Positions 58,430 through 64,000 of a DNA stretch of 64,000 bases are shown one piece after another. The notes under the pieces are model-generated. The model had not been told where the DNA came from. It searched no databases and saw only the letters and a list, made by a program, of their open reading frames with translations. The translations under genes were made by a program, and so were the position numbers. Source of the DNA: an uncultured Chloroflexia bacterium (GTDB taxonomy: Bacteria > Chloroflexota > Anaerolineae > Anaerolineales > DRKV01); the NCBI GenBank assembly GCA_963824065.1, contig CAWGNX010000002.1, positions 1,153,836 through 1,217,835 of the forward strand, read 5' to 3'. Position 1 is the first letter of the stretch. Each line of letters begins with the position of its first letter.

Positions 58430-59365
58430 TCAGTTTTCGACTGGAACCGATACAGTATCGACAATATCATCAACCATTTGAGATGGCAGCCTCCCGCGCA
58501 GTTGCGCCTGTGGTGAAATCATTATGCGGTGTGTCAAAACATGCGGAGCCATTTCTTTCACGTCATCCGGAATGACATAATCGCGGTTATTGATTGCCGC
58601 CCATGCCTGAGAAGATTGATACAAAGAAAGAGTCGCTCGCGGGCTGGCCCCTAAATCAATCTCTGGATGTTCTCGTGTAGCACGTGCAACCCGAACAATG
58701 TAATCGCGTACCGAATCCTCAACCCTGATTGTCATCCGTTTGCGAATAAGGCTGACGATTTCTTCTGGCGTAACAACCGCTCGCAGCTCTGGGAGCGGAT
58801 CTGATTCACGAAACCGTTCCAAGATGGCATTTTCTTCTTCAATCGAAGGGTATCCAATGGCTACGCGCAATAAAAATCGGTCAATTTGAGCCTCCGGGAG
58901 TGGAAATGTGCCTTCCAATTCGACAGGGTTTTGAGTAGCAAGTACGAGAAATGGTCGCGGCAGAAAATGAGTATCCCCTTCTACGGTCACCTGCCTCTCC
59001 TGCATGGCTTCCAGTAAGGCGGATTGTGTTCGAGGGGTTGCCCGGTTAATCTCATCGGCTAAGACCACCTGGCTAATAATTGGGCCCGGGCGAAATTCAA
59101 AAACCTGACCTTTTTGATTAAACCAGCTCAACCCTGTAACATCGGAGGGGAGCAGATCGGGAGTAAACTGGATGCGTCGAAAGGTGCAGCCCAGGGAGAC
59201 TGCCAGTGCGCGTGCCAGGGTAGTTTTCCCAATTCCAGGTACATCCTCCAATAACACATGCCCTTCACAAAGGACAGCAACCAGAGTCAAATTAATGACA
59301 TCGCTTTTACCAATAATTACTTTCTGAACATTCTCTCTGATTCTGGCTGCAACTTCTGCAATCAT
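58430..59365 (-). CDS. MoxR-like AAA+ ATPase
   Basis: LLEDVPGIGKTTLARALA (Walker A), LADEINRATPRTQSALLEAM (Walker B/sensor) and ATQNP.... Confidence 0.9.
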   Translation of the reverse strand: MIAEVAARIRENVQKVIIGKSDVINLTLVAVLCEGHVLLEDVPGIGKTTLARALAVSLGCTFRRIQFTPDLLPSDVTGLSWFNQKGQVFEFRPGPIISQVVLADEINRATPRTQSALLEAMQERQVTVEGDTHFLPRPFLVLATQNPVELEGTFPLPEAQIDRFLLRVAIGYPSIEEENAILERFRESDPLPELRAVVTPEEIVSLIRKRMTIRVEDSVRDYIVRVARATREHPEIDLGASPRATLSLYQSSQAWAAINNRDYVIPDDVKEMAPHVLTHRIMISPQAQLRGRLPSQMVDDIVDTVSVPVEN

Positions 59366-59824
59366 GGTTTCCTCCAGTGCGATCTGATGGTTACTTTGTT
59401 GTTGTGTGGGCAGTGAATTGACATCCCCAAGTTATTTTACCCAATCGAAGATCAATTGGTTCACCCAGATTTCGATATTCATTCGCATTTGGCCTGGAAA
59501 CCGCGAAGATTGATTTACTCTTGTGGCCTCGCTCCGACCAATTCTTCACTGCAAAAAATCAAGCAGTTCGAGTACAACTCAATCATTGTTAACAGGCTGC
59601 GAGTTTACTGCCATCTTAACAGGTAGCCATACATCCAATCGTTGTCACACAAGATCCCTTGTTGCAGGATTGCAGGGTTAAGCTATGATATGGGTATAAG
59701 TCTTGCAACATTCTCTCGAAATGTGTCGCAGAGGTGAGATGCGGAAATCCGTCGATCGACAGCCTGCGGCTATTAATTGCCAGGTTCCAACTACCTGAAC
59801 CAGTATGAAATGAGAGGGCAAATC

Positions 59825-62800
59825 ATGAAACACAAACTGACAAAGGTCATACATGTGCTCATCCTGCTTGCGCTGTTATTACCCATTGGGTTGCAACAAG
59901 CTGTAAGCGCAGGAATAGCCACAGACCCACCTCCAGGGCAGCCAGTCGAACCGGTAAACCCTGAAGAAGACAATCCGATCTATTTGCCCGTCCTGGCTGT
60001 TGAAGCCATGCAGGTCTATCAGATTTCCGGGCGAATAACAGATGAGAATGACGTACCACTCAGCGGAGTAACCGTCCGATCGGATGGTGGTCATACAACC
60101 CAAACCGGGCCGGATGGTATGTACATATTATCCGGTTTGTCGGAGGGGCTCCAGGATTTCACGGTCATATCGGATGCTTATTATTGCTCGCCAGTGGCGA
60201 TCAAAATCAACGTACCACCCAATACTGAACGGCGCAACTTCACATGCAGCACCCAGCTGCTGTCTGTAACCGGCATCATCAAGGACAGCGATGGTAATCC
60301 AATGGGAGGTGTGATCGTTACCGATAATGCGGGACGCCAGACAACCACCTTTGCCGATGGTCCAGATAAGGGTCGGTATATCCTCGAGTTACCGGCTGGG
60401 ATCCATACATTAACCCCCACCAGCCCGGATTACACCTTCAAACCCAGTGCCTTCACAGTGCGGGTCGGTTCTGTGAAAGTACGCACACCAGAAGATGCCT
60501 CCTACGATTTCACTGCGCTGGCATCTGCCTGGACTCCGGCCAATATCACTGCACCGCTTACTCCTCTTCCTACCCTGACCGATCGCAACCTGGCGGTGGA
60601 TAAATCTGGCAACTTGCATATTGCGTTTGATTCAGGCGGTGCCGCTGGAACGAGCACTTTGTGGTACGGCTACTATGATGGTGTCGCCTGGACTTATATC
60701 CAGGTGGACACAGCTGCAGGCACAGGTCAGTACGCGGCAATTGCCCTGGACAGCCGTAATCGGGCACACATTTCATATTACGATGAGACCAACCAGCGCT
60801 TAAAATATGCGCGTGTTGTGCGCACTATAACAGGCACATTTACGACCTTTGTTCGGACTGCCGATTCAACAAACCGCGGAGGTAAAACGACCTCGATCGC
60901 CGTTGATCACTCGGACGGGATCCATATTATTTATCTTGATGACGATTATGACGGATTGCGCTACGCATATACATCCAACCCACTGATCAACAATGGCAAC
61001 TTCGCGATCGAGCTAATCAATAAACCAGCTGGCTATCTGGATGAATATCCATCCCTGGCAGTTAATTCGTCCAACGTACCCCAAATCAGTTTTTATAGAA
61101 TTGCCCCTGGACAACCAGAAACCTCAGCCAGCCTGAATTTTGCTTACCGCACAGGTGTAGACAGCTGGACAGTCTCCACGCTGGCAACTGGACTTTTACG
61201 AGCGGAAGTATTTGAAAGCCTGCGCCGCTCTCCCCAGGACATTTTAGATATCCTGGCGGGAGTTGGTCTCTTCAACTCACTTGCGATTGACAGTTTCGAC
61301 AACGTCCACATCGCTTATTACAACGATGATTCTGATGATCTTGAATATGCCGGCGGTGGTCCTGGCTACTGGTATTTCGATATTGTTGACAAAATCGACC
61401 ACGTTGGCGGCTTTGCATCCATACGTGTAGACAGCCAGAACCGACCACAAATCAGCTATATTCGACAAAGCCAGCTCCCCGGCTCGCAAGGTGGTGCTCT
61501 CAAGTTTGCCATTCGATTGGGTGATTTTTGGAAGACCGAATTCGTCGACTTGATTGGTCCGGTGACAGATGGATCGCGCACGAACACCACAATTTTTGTC
61601 GATCGGGCAGACAATCCTCACATCCTCTATTACGATTTTACAACATCGGATCTCAAGTATGTCGTGCGCAATAAGTGGGATATCCAGGTTGTGGGTCTGG
61701 TAGGAACCCTGAGTGAGCCCAGCAACCGGAATATTGCCCTCGATTCCAATGGACTGCCCCACATAGCATTTGGCGGCTCAAATCTTTATCACGGTTATTA
61801 TGATGGGAACACCTGGCAGTTTGAGCTCGTGGATCCATCGGCGACTGCCGGGGCATTCGCATCGATTGCTATGGACTGGGATGATAACATCCACATCGCA
61901 TACTATGACACGGGAACACAAGATCTGAAATATGCGTTCTTTAACCGCAGGGCCGGTTTTTGGACAATTGAAACTGTCGACAGTTCTGGCGACGTTGGCA
62001 AATTCACCAGCCTGACTTTGGACAGCAATGCCAAGCCGCACATAGCATATTTTGACGAAGACAGAGATTACCTTTTGTATGCCTACAAATCGGGCAGTTC
62101 GTGGAGAATCGATATCGTTGACGACAGCCCGGCTGTTGGTGGCTACCCATCGATCGCCTTAGATTCGAACGATAAACCGCGCATTGCCTACACAGATTTC
62201 GGGCGCGAAGAACTACGCTATGCCACCAAGTCAGGCAGCAGCTGGTCAACGACCATCGTACCGCTGAATGGATTGGTTATTTCCTTCGTTTCTTTGGAAA
62301 TGGATGTTTGGGATCGGCCGCATATCTCTTTCTTTGAAGATACAGCCGCCGGCGATTACAACGACAACCTGATCTACGTTTATCATAACGGGACTCAATG
62401 GGTTGAAGATACCATCGATGCCGATAATAGTGTCGGCTGGTGGAATTCCATGCGCCTTGACAGCCAGGGAGATTCCCAGGTCAGTTATTACGATCTCTCC
62501 AGTGGGAAGTTAAAATTCGCAACCGGCAGCCTTTACAACTGGGCCGTCGAATTTGTGGATGACATGGGCATCCCCCCGTTGGGAACTCCGCTTACCCAGG
62601 TGGGTGGCTATACATCCCTCGTTCTCGACAAGGCAGATCGGCCCAATATCGTTTATTACGATATCACCAACAACGTCCTTAAATTCGCCAAACCGAACTT
62701 ATGGGATATGCAAACCGCTGCGACCCCTGCCGGTGCCCTGCAGGAGCCCGGGCGCCCCAACATTGCCATCGATGTCGCCGGTTTACCGCACATCGCTTAC

Positions 62801-63733
62801 GGAGACGGAACGATCAACTATACGTTCAATGATGGCTTCTTATGGCAGGTGAATCCCCCTCCGGATCCATCTCCTGATACCGGTGCATTTGCGACCATAG
62901 CAACGAATTATTATGGAAACAATGCCTGGCCCTATATCGCCTACTACGACACAACGAACATGCAGTTGATGTACAACCGCCTGGATGGATTGGGTTGGCT
63001 GGCAAACCCGGTGATCGTTGATACGCTCGGCGATGTTGGCAAGTATGCTTCGATTGCCATCTGGCAAAATGATAATACCAACCCACAAGACCTTGTCCTC
63101 CACATCGCTTATTTTGACGAAGATCAAGACGATCTGAAATACGCACGCCTGACAAAGGATGGTGGGGGTCGGGTTGAAGTTGTCGACTCCGGAGGTGCGG
63201 TAGGTCCATACCCGTTCATCGCATTGGATGCTAATGGCGTTCCTCACATCAGCTATTACGACATTTCGAACAAAGATCTAAAATATGCATCTCGTCTCGG
63301 AAACGACAATTGGAGCACAATGGTTGTGGACTCGCTGGGGAAAGTTGGCTTATTCTCGTCACTTGCGATCGACAGCCACGGCAACCCGCATATCGCCTAC
63401 TTTGATGACAGTTACGACGATCTGCGTTACACGTATTTCAGTGGCAGCAGCTGGTACTATGAAGTTGTCGATACGGTCGACAGCACAGGCTGGTATGCCT
63501 CGCTGGCCCTGGATAACGATGACAATCCCCATATCGTATACTATGATTTCTCCTCACAAAATTTGAAACACGCCTTTGTTTACAACTACGATTGGGTGGT
63601 TGAGCTCGTGGATATTGCCGGAGATGTTGGCCAATTCGCATCTCTCCAAACCGATACCGCAGGTGGGCTGCACATCGCCTACTATGATGCGACTCTACTG
63701 ATCATCAAGTATGCCCGCAGTGTGGATTGGTAA
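59825..63733 (+). CDS. secreted 1302-aa protein: signal peptide, two carboxypeptidase-regulatory-like Ig domains, 21 blade-like repeats
   Basis: The start MKHKLTKVIHVLILLALLLPIGLQQAVSA has a GAGGG Shine-Dalgarno. The two Ig-like domains read ISGRITDENDVPLSGVTVRS...GMYILSGL and VTGIIKDSDGNPMGGVIV...YILELPAG. Then come 21 repeats of about 50 aa, G-x-(Y/F)-x-S-(I/L)-A-(L/I)-D-x3-x-P-H-I-(A/S)-Y-(Y/F)-D-x4-(D/N)-L-K-Y-A...W...(V/I)-D. Confidence 0.8.
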   Translation: MKHKLTKVIHVLILLALLLPIGLQQAVSAGIATDPPPGQPVEPVNPEEDNPIYLPVLAVEAMQVYQISGRITDENDVPLSGVTVRSDGGHTTQTGPDGMYILSGLSEGLQDFTVISDAYYCSPVAIKINVPPNTERRNFTCSTQLLSVTGIIKDSDGNPMGGVIVTDNAGRQTTTFADGPDKGRYILELPAGIHTLTPTSPDYTFKPSAFTVRVGSVKVRTPEDASYDFTALASAWTPANITAPLTPLPTLTDRNLAVDKSGNLHIAFDSGGAAGTSTLWYGYYDGVAWTYIQVDTAAGTGQYAAIALDSRNRAHISYYDETNQRLKYARVVRTITGTFTTFVRTADSTNRGGKTTSIAVDHSDGIHIIYLDDDYDGLRYAYTSNPLINNGNFAIELINKPAGYLDEYPSLAVNSSNVPQISFYRIAPGQPETSASLNFAYRTGVDSWTVSTLATGLLRAEVFESLRRSPQDILDILAGVGLFNSLAIDSFDNVHIAYYNDDSDDLEYAGGGPGYWYFDIVDKIDHVGGFASIRVDSQNRPQISYIRQSQLPGSQGGALKFAIRLGDFWKTEFVDLIGPVTDGSRTNTTIFVDRADNPHILYYDFTTSDLKYVVRNKWDIQVVGLVGTLSEPSNRNIALDSNGLPHIAFGGSNLYHGYYDGNTWQFELVDPSATAGAFASIAMDWDDNIHIAYYDTGTQDLKYAFFNRRAGFWTIETVDSSGDVGKFTSLTLDSNAKPHIAYFDEDRDYLLYAYKSGSSWRIDIVDDSPAVGGYPSIALDSNDKPRIAYTDFGREELRYATKSGSSWSTTIVPLNGLVISFVSLEMDVWDRPHISFFEDTAAGDYNDNLIYVYHNGTQWVEDTIDADNSVGWWNSMRLDSQGDSQVSYYDLSSGKLKFATGSLYNWAVEFVDDMGIPPLGTPLTQVGGYTSLVLDKADRPNIVYYDITNNVLKFAKPNLWDMQTAATPAGALQEPGRPNIAIDVAGLPHIAYGDGTINYTFNDGFLWQVNPPPDPSPDTGAFATIATNYYGNNAWPYIAYYDTTNMQLMYNRLDGLGWLANPVIVDTLGDVGKYASIAIWQNDNTNPQDLVLHIAYFDEDQDDLKYARLTKDGGGRVEVVDSGGAVGPYPFIALDANGVPHISYYDISNKDLKYASRLGNDNWSTMVVDSLGKVGLFSSLAIDSHGNPHIAYFDDSYDDLRYTYFSGSSWYYEVVDTVDSTGWYASLALDNDDNPHIVYYDFSSQNLKHAFVYNYDWVVELVDIAGDVGQFASLQTDTAGGLHIAYYDATLLIIKYARSVDW
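60581..63733 (+). repeat. coding tandem repeats: 21 blades arranged as three 7-blade super-repeats
   Basis: Blades 1, 8 and 15 share a distinct variant: N(L/I)A(V/L/I)D..G(N)LPHIA(F/Y)(D/G).G...Y..(Y/F)(Y/N)DG..W. They start near 60581, 61721 and 62751. Confidence 0.7.
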
Positions 63734-63753
63734 TATTTGACCCACATTCGAGG

Positions 63754-63783
63754 AGGCCGGCGCCTGGGCGCCGGCCTTTTTTC
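63754..63783 (+). terminator. intrinsic terminator
   Basis: AGGCCGGCGC-CTGG-GCGCCGGCCT stem (10 bp) followed by TTTTTT. Confidence 0.85.
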
Positions 63784-63804
63784 TTCACTGGTATAATGCT
63801 GGCT

Positions 63805-64000
63805 ATGCCATCCATGGTATCCATTGACATCGAAACAACCGGTTTAGATTCCCAAAAAGATGCGATTATTGAAGTTGGTGCGGTTCGTTTCCGCGATAAT
63901 GTTGTTGAAGATGAATGGACGACCCTCATCAATCCGGGCCGTCCTATTCCGTCATTTATCACTGGATTAACGGGTATTGCAGACGAGATGGTCGTCCAGG
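63805..64000 (+). CDS. DnaQ-like 3'-5' exonuclease domain protein (5' part only; runs off the window)
   Basis: MPSMVSIDIETTGLDSQKDAIIEVGAVRF...LINPGRPIPSFITGLTGI carries the Exo I motif D-x-E-T-T-G. Alternative starts are at 63796 and 63814. Confidence 0.7.
   Translation, partial: MPSMVSIDIETTGLDSQKDAIIEVGAVRFRDNVVEDEWTTLINPGRPIPSFITGLTGIADEMVVQ

Noticed and set aside
60581-63733. Periodic DNA (about 150-nt period) that could be mistaken for a repeat array or CRISPR
   Set aside because: The periodicity is at the protein level, inside one uninterrupted ORF. The nucleotide copies are diverged, and there is no repeat-spacer structure or cas genes.

Overview
Bacterial chromosomal window of mid GC content, mostly housekeeping genes. 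The gene content (T-box leader, MalT-N/BTAD regulator, GH57, many LacI regulators) suggests Chloroflexota, but that is a weak guess. Layout by coordinate:

- **1-6.9 kb (-):** a complete his operon, hisG-D-C-B-H-A-F-I-E. hisA, hisB, hisC and hisD are interrupted by six single-base insertions. A His-codon leader ORF plus terminator lies upstream of hisG.
- **6.96-8.63 kb:** a decayed IS1-family remnant next to an intact IS982-family element.
- **8.8-18.5 kb:** PfkB kinase, proline dehydrogenase, a second (frameshifted) IS982-like element, GH57, an ornithine cyclodeaminase-family protein and a 1176-aa GH13-like enzyme.
- **18.7-27.9 kb (+):** a Trp-specifier T-box leader, then trpS, aroH (frameshifted), tyrA, aroA, aroE, an aminotransferase, aroC, aroK-aroB and aroQ.
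- **27.9-32.6 kb:** Zn peptidase, a PII-like protein paired with a CPA2 antiporter, an orphan histidine kinase and a membrane protein.
- **32.9-43.4 kb (+):** two LacI regulators with palindromic operators, a CUT1-type ABC sugar transporter without an ATPase, a small repeat membrane protein, TreS and amylosucrase.
- **43.5-49.3 kb (-):** a GAF/HD-GYP protein. Upstream of it sits a 1070-aa STAND-TPR-wHTH/BTAD regulator next to a two-gene small-peptide operon whose promoter carries a tandem 12-bp repeat.
- **49.4-54.1 kb:** GT4, tRNA-Thr(CGU), udk, cyclophilin, a YqaA-like protein and an M20 peptidase.
- **54.2-59.4 kb (-):** MoxR, DUF58 and two paralogous polytopic DUF4129 proteins.
- **59.8-63.7 kb (+):** a 1302-aa secreted protein with 21 blade-like repeats organised as 3 x 7.

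No CRISPR array, rRNA, prophage or recognisable defence system was seen. The most unusual items are the regulator/peptide cassette, the 3 x 7 propeller protein, the his leader and the insertion-only frameshift pattern.
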